A stretch of 64,000 nt of DNA, from contig NC_086097.1 of NCBI RefSeq assembly GCF_963921235.1, forward strand, positions 147,748,001 through 147,812,000. Direction: 5' to 3'. The notes below the pieces were generated by a model. The model had not been told where the DNA came from. It saw nothing but the letters and a program-made list of their open reading frames with translations, and searched no databases. The first letter of the stretch is position 1. Each line of letters begins with the position of its first letter. The DNA is from Mobula hypostoma. Its lineage: Eukaryota. Position numbers and translations under genes: made by a program. Below, in pieces: positions 1-12,905 of the stretch.

Positions 1-680
1 CAGTTGAAAGGCAGCGTACTGTTACCTGAGCTTATAGGATTCACAGGAAATCCTGTAAATTTCCACCATTTCTGGAAGGATCATCAGAAATACCGGATTA
101 ATACCATCTAAAAACCCATAAAGAAGCTCAAATCACAGCTAATGCAGGTCAAAGATGACTTGGGGCTCAGGTTGGCTGGTGTTTACAGGAATCCTTGTGA
201 ATATAGAGCAGCATATTTCAACCAAACGGGATGCACGGTGGAAACCCACATCAAGGAACACAGAAGGTGTATCCGTTTGGGTTACCTGGAGAAATCAGTG
301 GTAGCAGAACATTGCATTCACAATGGCCATAGAATTGACTACTGTGCTGCACCAATAGCTTTTGGGACCACCTAGTAAAGGAAGTCATTGAAATAAAATT
401 AGAGGAAAAGAACTTTAACAAAGATGAAGGTCTCATTCTAAGTGAGAATCAGGATTCAGTTGTAAGCAGTGGAAACCTGGTTGGATGAACACTAACCATT
501 CGGGAAGGACGGACAACAGAGTTATAAATACCACTGGACTAGACATGCCCAGGCATCATCCCTGATGAAGATGGCAGAGTTTGTCATCAAAACATTGGTT
601 AAAATCGGTATCTGTACCTGGCTGGAAGCTCGAGAAGGGTTTATTCATCATACATGCTGGCAAAGCACCAGATCCTTTTT
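1..680 (+). mobile_element. Degenerate 3' end of a Penelope-like element (GIY-YIG endonuclease and terminal repeat with a decayed hammerhead), family A
   Basis: ORF 142-375 has GVY..PC....Y..QTG.....IKEH...EKS.VAEH, a PLE-type GIY-YIG. CTGATGA at 562-568 is followed by the hairpin gatggca..tgtcatc and a CpG-decayed (g)aaac(g)t(c). Confidence 0.75.
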
Positions 681-835
681 CATCTCACTTCATATTTTCT
701 ACAGTTTGCATGTCTTTGGAAAATTCATTGCTAGGAATCAAATGGTATCATTTCATTGATGTGATGGTGTAGAGCAGTAATTGTAATTATAGTAATATGG
801 CTGTTTATGCTTGTATTCCTTATATTGCTATTTAG

Positions 836-992
836 GTGGCTGATGTTTATTCCTTGGTCTATCAGACAATGACACAACCCCCAGTGAAAGACTATGTTCC
901 ATTCTCTTGGACAACTATGGTTCAGGTCAAATCTGAGTACTTCAAAGCTGTTTCACATTATTTTGCTGCTATTGCATTTTGTGACCAAACAA
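836..992 (+). CDS. RHPN1: Rhophilin-1 internal coding exon (BRO1 domain): VADVYSLVYQTMTQPPVKDYVPFSWTTMVQVKSEYFKAVSHYFAAIAFCDQT
   Basis: Acceptor tttag ends at 835 and donor gtaagt starts at 993. The peptide matches the rhophilin BRO1 region (PPVxDYVPxSW..VK.EYF is RHPN1-type rather than RHPN2-type). Ends in phase 1, which fits the next exon. Upstream exons lie outside the window. Confidence 0.93.
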
Positions 993-2624
993 GTAAGTAT
1001 TTCACCAAGTTGGCTGCATTTAGTTGGTGATTGATATTTTGATAGAATGTTTGACATGAAAGAAGGAATGTTTAATTTTGCCATTGAAAACTAGTACAAG
1101 AGCGAATGTAGTGATTAAGTTAAGTGGGTAAACAGTAATGGTCAATTGGAATGATAAGCTCTTGTGAACACACTGTTGATAGAACCTATTTTCACTTTGG
1201 AGAGCAGTGCCCTTGCTTGACAGTATTTTAATCGCAACATTGCTAAGTTTCTTACATTTCAATTATTATAAATGTGTGCTTAGAAACTGAAGCACACGGT
1301 ATTGTTTCTTTAATTTAGTCTTCTGTAAATTGCGTACTTCCAAAGTAGAGTGTCATTGCAATCATTTATATATCAAATTGCAGCACAGTTGTGATTCATT
1401 GCACTGACTGTGGTACAAATCGCACCTTAAATCAGACAAACTAGACTGTTTTGCTCCAAGGGCTACGCTTCTGGATTCCATAGGACACCTACAAAAGCAG
1501 CAAGGTAGCTTAAGAGGCTCCTGCAGTATTTCACAGGACAGTGGAGTAAAAAAAAGATGCTTTCCTCAGATCTTAACATGCTGTGCCTGCCTGCCCTACC
1601 ATTGTCCCCAAATAACTTCCCAAAATCATCCCTTCCCCATAGGTACTCTGTCCCCTATGGGTCAATCTCTAGAATCTCTGCCCTCTGACCCAGAACTCTA
1701 GGCAATTACCCACAGTTACCAGGCCCCTATTTCCAGGTACCAATACCATCCTGTGGACAACCTTACACTTACATCGCATGAAACCAAGTGTACAACTGGC
1801 AATCGGTGATATACAAGTTCTTGGGGCGCCATTCGTGTTGCAGGTTAGTCTCTGGATTATGACACTAATATTCAATGGTCTAAATGGAGCTTCACTAGAA
1901 TAAGGTCATGAGGGCATCTACAACATAAAGAAAGGCAGCACGAAGCAAAGCAAAATATCTATTCTTCTTTCATACATTCAAAGCGAAGAGCAAATCAAGC
2001 AAGCAAAACTTGACTTGACATTCAGATAAATGTCCTATAAAACTGAATACGTTATCTTTTTATTTTGCTGTGCACATATTCTGGTGGTGATATTTGATTG
2101 AATTCTAACCTTTTGATTCTTCCTTGAGCAATTACAATGTTTAATATCGATGCCCTATTGAATCTCAAATATATAATATATGTATATATATGTGCATGTT
2201 TTGTAATTTGTACAATTATTCTGTGATGTGCGAGAAATGGTCTACATTCTGAGATGGCACATTGCAAGCATTTCGTAGCTGACATAGAAGTGAACTGACG
2301 CTGTTACTGACTGAGCCGTTTCTCTCCATTTAATGAACTCCTGGACAAAATACTTAGCAAAGAAAAACAAATAGAACTGTCTAGCTTCCTTGCAACCCAA
2401 AACAAAACAAAAGATAAAGATAAACTTAACTCTGACTTAGCCACCTTGAACAAAAGTGCCATTATGATTTTGGGGAGAATTTTGCGGACAAAAGCTTTAA
2501 TAGTTGGAAGCAGGCCTCTTTGGAATAGAATGCTTTAGAATACATGAAATGGCAATTGTCCTCTGGGATTTGAAGGTCAGAGCAGATCATCTTAATAAAT
2601 CAATTAATCTTTGAGGAGCTTGAC

Positions 2625-2881
2625 TAAGACTGTTGTGCGTGAAAATCCCAGATCAGCAGGTTCTAAGTTACTCGAACCACCCTGTCTGCTACCAACAATC
2701 ATTTCACAGTCAAAGTCACTTAGATCACATTTCTTCCCCATTCTGATGTTTGGTCTGAACAACATCTGAACCCCTTGCCCACATCTGCAAGCTTTTATGC
2801 ATTGAGTTGCTGCTACATAATTAGGTGATTAGATATTTGCATTAACAAGCAGGTGTACCTAATAAAGTGGCCACTGAGTGC
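2625..2881. mobile_element. Partial non-autonomous Tc1/mariner-type MITE (same family as 11053-11604)
   Basis: Aligns by eye with 11340-11604 and ends in the TIR gtacctaataaagtggccactgagtg. Confidence 0.7.
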
Positions 2882-3287
2882 ACATGGGTAACATTTTTAT
2901 AAGTGTTCAGTCCAATTCCTCCAATCATTCATTGTCAGCTGTTGAGATTACCAGGCAGAAAACAAGGAGTGGAAATAGGTGATTTCTCTGGTTGGCAAAA
3001 TGAATAACGTACTGCAGGAATAGTGTTTGTGCCCAGCTAGTTGAAATCTATATCATCTATTTGGCTGATGGAACCAAATGTCATTTACAAGTTTTGGATT
3101 GTTAGCTAGTCTTAATGAACTGCATATTGACTGGACTGAAAGTTTTAAAAAGAAAATGAAGGTTGCGTGCCACTTGCTTGACCCCAAGTGGACGCAAATA
3201 AACAATGGACATGAACGGGTTGCTGCCTGGAAAGGTAATATTTAAGAGAACTTGAAAGGAACCTTTTTTGCATACTCTTTTTTTCAG

Positions 3288-3404
3288 TGGGTCCTGATGA
3301 TGAAAGTGAACACATAAAGGCTCTTCAGCAACTTCATGTAACAATGCCTGAGGGTCCGTCATTGGTCACGGTACTTAAGGATAATGAGGAGCGACGCAAA
3401 TTAG
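3288..3404 (+). CDS. RHPN1: Rhophilin-1 exon: (M)GPDDESEHIKALQQLHVTMPEGPSLVTVLKDNEERRKL(G)
   Basis: Polypyrimidine tract plus cag acceptor, gtatgc donor. Phase 1 to 1 and open. ERRKLG joins KAHL of the next exon as in rhophilins. Not in the ORF track. Confidence 0.9.
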
Positions 3405-5171
3405 GTATGCAGTAAAGACAATCTTGTAATGGTTCATAATGTTTAAAGTTTCAACTGAAGGAATGCAAACCATACATTTCTGAACAGCCTGTCATTGTGT
3501 ACATACAATGAATAGATTGTTTTTGTAGTGCAGTGACTAGGCTTTGTAAGTAAGTGTAACTTTGTTTACCAGTAGTGTTCAAAGATTATTAAAAAAGTGT
3601 TTGAAATAAGAACAGAAAATGGGAAATACTCAACATATGTCTATTATTTATTGTTTTTATTCCAAATGTTAACCATTTGCAGTTTTTAATATTTAAATAA
3701 GATGAATAACTTATTTTACAGTTTGTTAAGCCAGGACTGTTGGCCAAGGTGATAGCAGATTTTCACATGTTAGGTCTATGGGGTCCTTGCATTGGAACAG
3801 CCAAATTGGACTTAAATTTAAACCCTGTATCCTGAAGTTAATCTTGAGTTATACACTGTATATGCATAGGGCTCTTATTTTTGTAAAATATGCAAATCTT
3901 TAGAGGCAAAGTCAGAAATAACTAGACTTTGAACCAAAAGAGAACATACTGGATTAATTAAAATAGAAATCCTTCTCTTGCCTTGGAAGGGCTGATCTGA
4001 TTGTTTACCTGTGCTGGTGGGGAGAACAGAAGTGATTTCTGCATTCCCATTGCCCAAAGCCAATGAAACTGTCAGTGCACTCGGCAGTCAAAGGATGAAA
4101 GGGACTCCATACACCTCCAACCATCCTTTGCTTACTTAATCAGGGACCAAAATTTTGTTAAACCCAAAGCACCGATGTAAGAACTTTGCAGCCATCAGAA
4201 AAGCACCCATTGTAAGGAGTTTCATAAAGCCGTGGAACCCCATTGTTTTTGGAACGATGTAGACGGCCTTCAGAATCCTCTGTAATAGAAGTTAATGTTG
4301 GAATCATTACTTTTCAAGTAAAGTATTTGCATGAAATCCAGGTGATTGGTGTCTGCCTGACAACAACTGTTCTTTCAATAAAGAAGTCATGCAATTTCTC
4401 CTGGAGATTCCCTAAAATGTCATGAAAATTTATGTTATTAGGTGCACATCCACTGTAGAATACATTTTAAGCATCAGGAACACCTTGCAACCAGGTCAGA
4501 TTTCTGGAACTGTGTAATTCAGTTTTGAAAATCTGTTCTACTCTGAGAATAATTGATCTTCATATATATAGTGCTGGGGGAAAAAAACAATGTCACCTGA
4601 TTGAATTTCCAGTCAGGTATACTGTAGTTTCAGGTCATGCAAGGTGTTCCTTAGATTCTGTTTTTGTACTGCACCTGTACAACAGCATTGTTCTGCTTCA
4701 TGTTGGATGATTCTTGTCATTTTTTTTCTTTAACCTGTTTATAATGCAAAATACTAAAAATAATCTGGCAAAATAGAAATTTTCAGTTATAATCCTTCAG
4801 TGCCATCTAGAGTATCAGTACAAAATTACAGTATCATCAAAAGAAACCCAAGAAATTTACTGAAGTACACTATGAATTAGAAATGATAAGCAATATGGAT
4901 CTGAAACATTCATTTGTATTTTTATTTTGGTTCTTGTACGTTTCAGTTATTCTCTAGTACCTTGGAGATTTCCTTACTGTACAGTTCATCCATTTAAGCA
5001 AGTTATAAATGTTATCAGATCCAAATCACATACAATGGGAAAGCAGCATGAAGATTCTTTCCACTTGTTAATCTTATCCTTGTGAATAATGATGCATTAA
5101 TCAGGTTACTAAATTTTCCCTGGTGTTGCATTATTTTGAAAATTGAACAGATTTGTTTAAATTCAAAAGAT

Positions 5172-5380
5172 TCTGCAGATACTAGAGATCTTGAGCAATA
5201 CACACAAAACGCTGGGGGATCTGAGCAAGTCAGGCAGTATCGATTGAGGGGAATATACCGGTTGCCATTCTGCCCGCTTCCATTCCAGTCCTGATGAAGC
5301 ATCCCGTCCCAAAACATTAACTGTTTATTCCCCTTCCTAGATGTTGCCTGACCTGCTGAATTCCTCCAGCTTTTTGTTTT
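5172..5380. mobile_element. Short fold-back Penelope-derived element with a decayed hammerhead
   Basis: Inverted arms (gctgggggatctgagcaagtcaggcagtatc / gatgttgcctgacctgctgaattcctccagc) around cagtcCTGATGA...caaaacatt. Confidence 0.65.
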
Positions 5381-5903
5381 TAACAGTGTTTTCAGTACTT
5401 TCTGGATGTCTCACTTGAAAGCTTGTTACTTTCTGGATCTCTCACTTTCTAGGAAATATTTAGAATGGCTCAGAGTAAATTATGCCACTGATCCCACACT
5501 TGGGAAGCAATTCTCCATTTCTTTCCACTAAGATAGTATCTCTCTGTATCTCAGACTATAATTTGAAATAGTCTTATAAAACCCCTTTAAATTTCCAACA
5601 GCAATCCTATTTCTGGTATAATTAAGCCAGATTCCAAAAAAATATTCTAAATAACAGTTCATTTAGTCACCACGATCAGTTCGAGACTGATCTAGCCTCA
5701 TTCCATCAATGATTGCTATGTTTTGAAATTTGAAACTACTTGTATTCCACCACTCAGGATTAGACTCTAACTGTGGTGTGCAAGATAAAAGGATTGTAAG
5801 GAAGTCAGTCACCCCTAACCTTTCACAGAATTATGGTTAATAAGTAATCAATGCAATGAATGTTTTCCCATGTTTACCTTTTTTTGTCCTTTCATTACTA
5901 AAG

Positions 5904-6098
5904 GAAAGGCTCATTTAAAGAAAGCAATAATTAAGCATGAAGAAGCGATGAGGATTCACAGCCTATGTCGGATCCTGAGGAAGATGGATATCCTGCAGGA
6001 GGTGCTAGTTGTTGCCCATAAACGATCATTGAAGAAGTATTCTGAGATTGATCGTGAAGATGATTTTTTTGAAACTGTTGAAGCTCCAGACATTCACC
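5904..6098 (+). CDS. RHPN1: Rhophilin-1 exon: KAHLKKAIIKHEEAMRIHSLCRILRKMDILQEVL...EDDFFETVEAPDIH
   Basis: aag acceptor (5901-5903), gtaagt donor at 6099. Matches the rhophilin BRO1 C-terminus and is in frame with both flanking exons. Confidence 0.93.
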
Positions 6099-6457
6099 GT
6101 AAGTTGTTTTTCAATATTGATGTTGTCATTACCATCTGCTAAAGAATATTACCTGTATCTGACAACACTGGGGCTTTGCATAAACTTCATGAGGGATAGA
6201 CCTACTGTTATATGAGTGTGTTAAGTACTGAGCTCGAGTAGCGTACATTTTCTATTTTTTGCTGTTCAAATCTCACTTATGGCAGTTCATATTTAATTCA
6301 ATATATGAAATGATTTAGAACTGACAAAAAAAGATATGATTGCACTATTAAATTCTTTTTTTTAAGCGTTACGTACCAGACATTCAGCCATTCTTGTCTG
6401 GCACATGGTGTCAGGATCAACTGGGTCACGTTATGAACCTTCCTGACTCGACCCTTG

Positions 6458-6604
6458 TATTTTTTTTTAACGAGGCCGAGTGGCTAACTCAACACTCAAC
6501 ACAGCATGGATAGAAAGCGTGCTCGGGGGTGGCCCGATCTGGATTCAAACTCGGGAACCTTCGCTCTGGAGTCCGGCGCTGATCTCACTGCGCCACTAGC
6601 CGGC
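6458..6604 (-). mobile_element. tRNA-derived SINE
   Basis: On the minus strand: gccggctag, A-box-like TGGCGCAGTGA, B-box-like gaGTTTGAATCC, then an A-rich tail (T run at 6460-6468). Confidence 0.65.
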
Positions 6605-7989
6605 TTATCAGGTTCATAAGACCCCATTTATTTGGTTCGTAACCCCACAAGGGAAAGAAAATTAATCCCAATTTGATTTGATTGCAGTTGCAGATTTTGG
6701 ATGACTTTCATAGGCTTCACAAATGGTTTAATAAACTATTTGGTAAAACAGACGATCACAAACGAATTTGGGCAGCATTCCCCTATTTCTTCACACCTCC
6801 TCTTCTGTCTGTTGTGACTGTGACTAAGTTACTGGGGAAGTTGGTGCATTTGGTAGATATGAAAATCTTTATTCACCACGACAAACAGACATTCTCTTAG
6901 AAACCCTCTCGGTCGAATCCCCCAAGCTCAAGGTATATACCCTTAGATCAAAGGTATAGCAGGCGATTCAATGCAGTTTCCATGATTACAATGACATAGT
7001 TACAACAATATCAGTCTGGTCGCAGCTGTAGAATCAGTTCATCGCTGAGGCGAGTAAAGCCTCAAGAAGTAGAGCTGAACACAGGTTTGTATTTTGCCCT
7101 CGGCCTCAAAGCTTTAATCTTTTAAATCTGGCTCGGCCCTTAAAGCAGCTGAATATTGGTTCGTTTTCTACTGTTGGGCCCAGGCCCCGATGTGTCAGTC
7201 CGGCCGAAGTCTTGTCCAGCAATGGCCATCACAGCCATACCTGCATTCTCAAGAGTCCTGTTCACCAAATCCTTGTGGATACCACAAAACGCCAGGTCAT
7301 ATAGATGGTCCAAAAGCACAACTCCTCCCAAAGGAAAATTACAGGCTGCATATTGCAGAGAAAATATTCCAGAAAAAACATAGATTTGTGTATTTAGTAT
7401 TTAAGTAACATTTGAGTAATATTGTAAATATATTGTTTGATTAAGCATTTTTTTGTTTGGTTAAGTAATTAATTATGGGCTATACGTAAAAGTACATGTT
7501 TGACATATATCATCACACCAACATGTGAAATTAAGACACATCCCAGGCTCTTGTGCTTTTGCTTTCAATTAGTTTCATATTTTGGCGTTACCGAACATAA
7601 CAGTACTATTGTGTGCTGCCAGAAAATGTCGCCATGTCTTGCCAGTGCCATCTTGGCAGCTGAGTTGGGTTCAGTCGCTCAGATAACTTAGCTGTAGTTG
7701 CCTGATTTGATACAGGCCAATTAACATAACCACATTGTCTCAACATTTGGCTGATGCATATGTAAATGTCTCATGGTCACCATTTTGCAATCATAGTATT
7801 TTGGCCAGCCTTCTCTCTGGGGACAATATTGTTTATTTGTAAAGGTGTCTCTTTAATTTCAATCCAGTTTCTGCTTAAAATTTACATTAAGAACTAAAAA
7901 CTGGTCCTCGTTTGAATTTATATCTGATATATTCGCTTAACTTCATTACTCAATAATCCCTAACACTGTCTTTTCTCAAATCTTGCTTC

Positions 7990-8265
7990 TCTCAGTCCTT
8001 CCCCACACTGCTGTCTACTCAATCTCCTCTCTCCTCACCCCACTTCCACCTCAATCCCGCCCGCTGCTCCTCTCCGCCTCTCGCCCCTCTCTACTCACCC
8101 CCTACTCTTTCCACCTTCTCCCTGACCTCCCCCTCCCTCTCTACTCACTCTCCCATCAGCTCTCTCCTCTCCTCATTGCCTCTCGCTGCCCCATTTTCTC
8201 TTCATCCCTTCCCCTATTTACCCACACCCCTTACCCTTACCTCCTCTACCCATCTCTCCCTTCCT
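7990..8265. repeat. Pyrimidine-rich (CT) low-complexity tract
   Basis: About 270 bp that is mostly C and T. The overlapping ORFs are artefacts of this composition. Confidence 0.75.
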
Positions 8266-8369
8266 TGGGAAGTCAAAGATAGTATTATAGGAAAAGAGAG
8301 GGCATATATTATGGCAAACATAATGGGATATTACATGATTGGTAAGCTTTTAAAAACTAACAGAAGGCA

Positions 8370-9675
8370 ACTAAAACTACCATTAGGAGAGAAAAGATGA
8401 AGTATGAGGGTCGGCTAGCCAAAATATAAAAGAAGATACCGAAAGTGTTCTCAAATATATAAAGGGTAAAAAGGGGGGGAGAGTGAATATTGGACTGCTG
8501 AAAAGTGATGCTGAAGAGGTAGTAATGGGGTCAAAGAAATTGTAAATGAACTTAGTAAGTATGTTGTGTCTTCTTTCACTGTGGAATTCGAGTGTCAAAG
8601 GATAGAAATGAGCATAGTTGCTATTACTAAAGAGAAGGAGCTTGGGAAGCTGAAAGGTCTGTAGGTAGGTTTGTCACCAGGACCAGTTGGACAATACCTC
8701 AGGGTTCTGAAAGAGTTAGCTAAAAAGATTGTTGAGGCATTAGTAATAAACCTTCAAGAATCTCTAGATTCTGATATGGTTCTGGAGGACTGGAAAATTG
8801 CAAATGTTATTCTACTCTTTAAAGGAGGGAGGCAGAAGAAAGGCAATTGTAGGCCAATTAGCCTGATCTCTGTGGTTGGGAAGATGTTGGCATCTATTAC
8901 TAAGGATAAGGAGAACTTGGAGACAAAGGATAAATAGGCCAAAGTCAGCATGATTTCCTTGAAAGGAAATTTCTCCTGACAAATTTGTTGAAATTCTTTG
9001 AGGAAATACAGGCGGGATAAACAAAGGAGAGTCAGAGGATGTTGTTTCTTGGATATTCAGAAGGTCTTTAACAAGGTGCCATATATGAGGCTGTTTAACA
9101 AAACAAGAGCCATGGTAATAAAGGAAATATACTAGCTTGGATAGAAGGTTGGTCGACTGGCAGGAGGCAAAGAATGGGTATAAAGAGCATCTTTTCTGGT
9201 TGGCTGCTGGTGATTAGTGATGTTCCATAGAGATTAATGTTGTGACTGCTTTTCGTATTATATGTCAATGATTTGAATGACAAAATTGATGGCTTCATGG
9301 CCAAGTATTCAGATGATATGAAGATAGATGGAGGGGTAGGAAGTGTTGATGAAGCAGGGAGTTTGCAGAAGAACTTAGATTGGGAGAATGGGCAAAGAAA
9401 TGGCAATTGGAATATAGTGTAGGGAAATGTATGGTCATGCACTTTGGTAGAAGGAATAAAGGCGTAGACTATTTTCTAAATGGTGAGAAAATTCAAAGAT
9501 TAGAGGTGCAATGGGATTTGGAGTCATTGTGCAGGATTCCCTAACAGTTAACTTGCAGATTGATTCGCTGGTAAGGAACACAAATGCAATGTTAGCATTC
9601 ATTTCAAGAGGGCTACAATATAAGAGCAAGGACATAATGCTGAGGCTTCCAAAGCACGGGTCAGCCCACACTTCA
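8370..9675 (+). mobile_element. Degenerate CR1 LINE fragment (RT region)
   Basis: SPGP..., EDWKIANV..LFKGG, RPISLISVVGK and further pieces collinear with the 20392-22640 CR1. Frameshifted. Confidence 0.85.
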
Positions 9676-10102
9676 TAGTCAGAGTCAGAATTAAGTTTAA
9701 TATTACTGGCATATGTCGTGAGACTTGTTATGTGGCCCAGTACATTGCAATATATAACTTTGCACAGTACTGTAAATAAAACCAGTGTAGATTTTCAGAC
9801 TTTCTTTCTTCCTCATGCATTTGCTGCCAACTAGATTTGCTTGCTTTACTATCCATATTTACCTAAACTTTATCATCTGCCATTACAATTTGGATCGAAT
9901 CCATGCAATATATCTTACATTGCATCTTAAAACTGACCAGCTGAATTGTGCTTCAATCACAGGTTGTGGTACAGTATCATCCCATTCCCCTGATGGAAAT
10001 TCTCTTGTAAGGGAGGAGATGAAAGGATGTGGTTTCAGTCCTGAGTATTCTGTAGCCAAGTTTAATTTAAATATATCATACAATGTCACTTTATCTTTGC
10101 AG

Positions 10103-10179
10103 CAAAAACACAGCAGAAACCAGAAATTAAAACTCCAAACTTCTCCAAGGTGAAAGTCACAGATATTTTTCACAGATTG
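10103..10179 (+). CDS. RHPN1: Rhophilin-1 exon: (P)KTQQKPEIKTPNFSKVKVTDIFHRL
   Basis: tttgcag acceptor, gtaagc donor, phase 1 to 0. Contains the rhophilin motif F.KV.VTDIFHRL|GPLSVFS. Confidence 0.92.
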
Positions 10180-11052
10180 GTAAGCACATTGGTCATATAT
10201 CATAAATAAATATATATGTTTTTGTTATATATGTCCTAATTAATGGGTAAATATAAAACTATAATTGCATTTGTTATTTCATGTTTTTCAGTGTTATAAA
10301 GATAGAAAAAAGCTAATTAGCTAGCAATGACCATATATTTTTAATTCATTTCACTCTATGCGTCTCTTATCACAATCTTTATTCCACTCACTTTCTAGGA
10401 GTTCACTCTTGAATCTACTTGCATTTGCTTCCTCCAGAACCTTACTTAGTGACTTCAGCTTCTTTTCTTACTCCTGATTTTATGGATTTAACTTGCATTG
10501 AATATGGTTTGATAACCAATCTGTTGATATAGATTCTTGAGAGTTTCAGTTTGGTTGCCTTTTTTCCTAGGACAAAATGTTTTATGAAATGTGATAGATT
10601 TTTCCTCTTCTGCCACGGTTCATGAATAATCCTGACCTGAGGAATATTTATCATCTTAATCTATATTTTTGTTTGTAATCTGTGAAATTTCTGTCCAACT
10701 CACTTTCCTTTATGTGTGTTATCTGTTATCCGTAATAGATTTCTTTGTATAAACTATGAGCAATGCTGTTGGTTGAAGCACTGAAAGACGGAAGTGCGCA
10801 CTAAAGGATATGGGTTAAGCCTTGTGGTAGAGAAAAGGCACTGCTCAGATTTTAAATACTGAGCACTAATGGAGGAATGCATGGACTTCCAAGGTTTTCA
10901 GGAATGAAGCAACAAGATAAGTTGTGATTTCAGTGCTGTAAAAACTCTAAAAGAAATAAACCAGGATAGAAAGGAAATCAGAATATATAATCCAAGTAAT
11001 TATATGCCACATTGTTCAAATTATTTGATTCCCTGCCGAGAGATGGAACATA

Positions 11053-11604
11053 CAGTCAGTGGAGACTTTATTATGTACCTCCTCATAATAGAGTGGCCAC
11101 CAAATGTAGGTTCATTGTCTTCTGCTGCTGTAGCCCATCCACTTCAAGGTTCAACATGTCATGTGTTCAGAAATGCTCTTCTGCACACCACTGTTGTAAT
11201 GTGTGTTTGTTTGAATTACTGTCACCTTGAACCTGTCAGGCCATTCTCTGACCTCTCTCGTTAACAAGGTGTTTTCGCCCACAGAACCATAGTTCACTAG
11301 ATTTTTTTTAATTTTCTTGCACCATTCTCTGTAAACTAGAGACTGTAGTATCTGAAAATCCCTGGAGATCAATAGATTCTGATATACTCAAACCTACACT
11401 GAATGGCACCATGAATCATTCCACAGTCAAAGTCACTTAGATCACATTTCTTCCCCTTTCTTATGTTTGGTCTGAACAGCAGCTGAATCTCTTGAACATG
11501 TCTGCATGCTTTTATGCATTGAATTGCCTCCACATGATTGGCTGATTAGTTATTTGCATTAATGAGCAGGGTACAGGTGTACCTAATGAAGTGGCCACTG
11601 TGTG
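11053..11604. mobile_element. Full-length non-autonomous Tc1/mariner-type MITE (about 550 bp)
   Basis: Imperfect TIRs of about 26 bp (cagtcagtggagactttattatgtac / gtacctaatgaagtggccactgtgtg), TA on the left and CA (decayed TA) on the right. A second partial copy lies at 2625-2881. Confidence 0.75.
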
Positions 11605-12170
11605 CATGCAAGTAATTACAGGCCACTTAATGTACAAATTATTTGAATCCCTGCCAAGAGATGGAATATACTGTTAATCTAGTATAGATCAAACAGCAAC
11701 GTGCAGCATGGTCTGTTGATTTATTAAGGGAATGTCGTGTCTGATTAACATGATCATGAGGAGACTGTTGTTAGTAGGCGAGTAGCTTGATGTAGTCTTC
11801 ATGGATTTTAATAAGCCATAATTAGGCATGTTAGTTGAAAACCTGGAAGCCTATGGGATCCAAGGATGAGACAAGAGAGACGAGAGGAGAAGATAGAGGG
11901 ACATGGATAGAGAGAAGAGGGGAGAGAGGAAAGTAGGGAGATGAAGCAAGAGAGAGAAGGGAGGCAATCAGGACGGAGTGAGGAGACAGAGAGGTTAACC
12001 TAATGATTACAGCAGGGTTTCTCAACCAAGGTTCCGTGGAACCCTAAGGTTCTGTGAGAGGTCGCTAGGGGTTCCATGAGAGATCAGATTAAAAAACATC
12101 GATTGTTGACCTTCGCACAATGCTAGCACTCACAGTGGTGGGCAGTGACTGAGCAGACTCATTGGCAATC

Positions 12171-12603
12171 TGTGAGAGATGTCCCAGCCCAGTGTGGCAG
12201 TCCACAATAGGACCGTGTTTATTTCTGAGAGTTGTCTCAGCCCAGTATGGCAGTATGCAATAGGACCGTGTTTATTTGTGAGAGCTGTCCCAGCCCAGTG
12301 TGGCAGTACACAATAGGACCATGTTTATTTGTGAGAGATGTCCCAGCCCAGTGTGGCAGTACACAATAGGACCGTGTTTATTTATTAGAGACATGCCAGC
12401 CCAGTGTGGCAGTACACAATAGGACCGTGTTTATTTGTTAGAGACGTGCCGGCCCAGTGTGGCAGTACACAATAGGACCGTGTTTATTTGGTAGAGATGT
12501 CCCAGCCCAGTGTGACTGTACACAATAGGACTGTGTTTATTTGTGAAAGATGTCCCAGCCCAGTGTGGCTGTACACAATAGGACTGTGTTTATTTGCGAG
12601 AGA
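12171..12603. repeat. 53-bp minisatellite, about 8 copies
   Basis: AATAGGAC recurs at 12206, 12259, 12312, 12365, 12418, 12471, 12524 and 12577, an exact 53-bp period. Confidence 0.95.
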
Positions 12604-12905
12604 TAAGGGAGGATGGTAGGCTGATAATTTATGAGCGGTGTACTATACAGAGAGAAGGACAGTACGCTAATAACTGGTGAGCGCTCTACTGTATGGAGGG
12701 GAGGACAGTAGGTTAATAACCGGTGAGCGCTCTACTGCATGGAGAGGAGGACAGTAGGTTGGTAACTGGTGAGCACTGCATTACATGGAGTGGAAGGCAG
12801 TAGGGTGATAATTAGTGAGCAGTGTATCGCCTGGAGGGAAGGATGGTAGACTGGTAATTGGTGAGTGCTCTATTCCATGGAGAGAAGAACGACAGGCTGA
12901 TGAGT
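12604..12905. repeat. More diverged 46-bp minisatellite, about 6 copies
   Basis: TGAG(c/t) recurs at 12632, 12678, 12724, 12770, 12816 and 12862, a 46-bp period. Confidence 0.85.

Noticed and set aside
1560..2330. Possible LTR and primer-binding site on the minus strand (TGGCGCCC at about 1824-1831)
   Set aside because: Only about 8 nt match a tRNA 3' end, and I found no second LTR or gag/pol remnant.
6405..7600. Possible solo LTR fragments and a short inverted repeat (ttatgaacct / aggttcataa) around the SINE
   Set aside because: Boundaries and TSDs could not be defined, so the evidence is too weak for a call.
7983..8282. Pro/Leu/Ser-rich ORFs here, at 11831-12025 and in the Penelope terminal repeats
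   Set aside because: These are translations of CT/GA low-complexity DNA, with no splice or homology support.
12171..12603. Regularly spaced repeats resembling a CRISPR array
   Set aside because: The whole 53-bp unit repeats with no unique spacers, there are no cas genes, and the context is a eukaryotic intron. It is a minisatellite.
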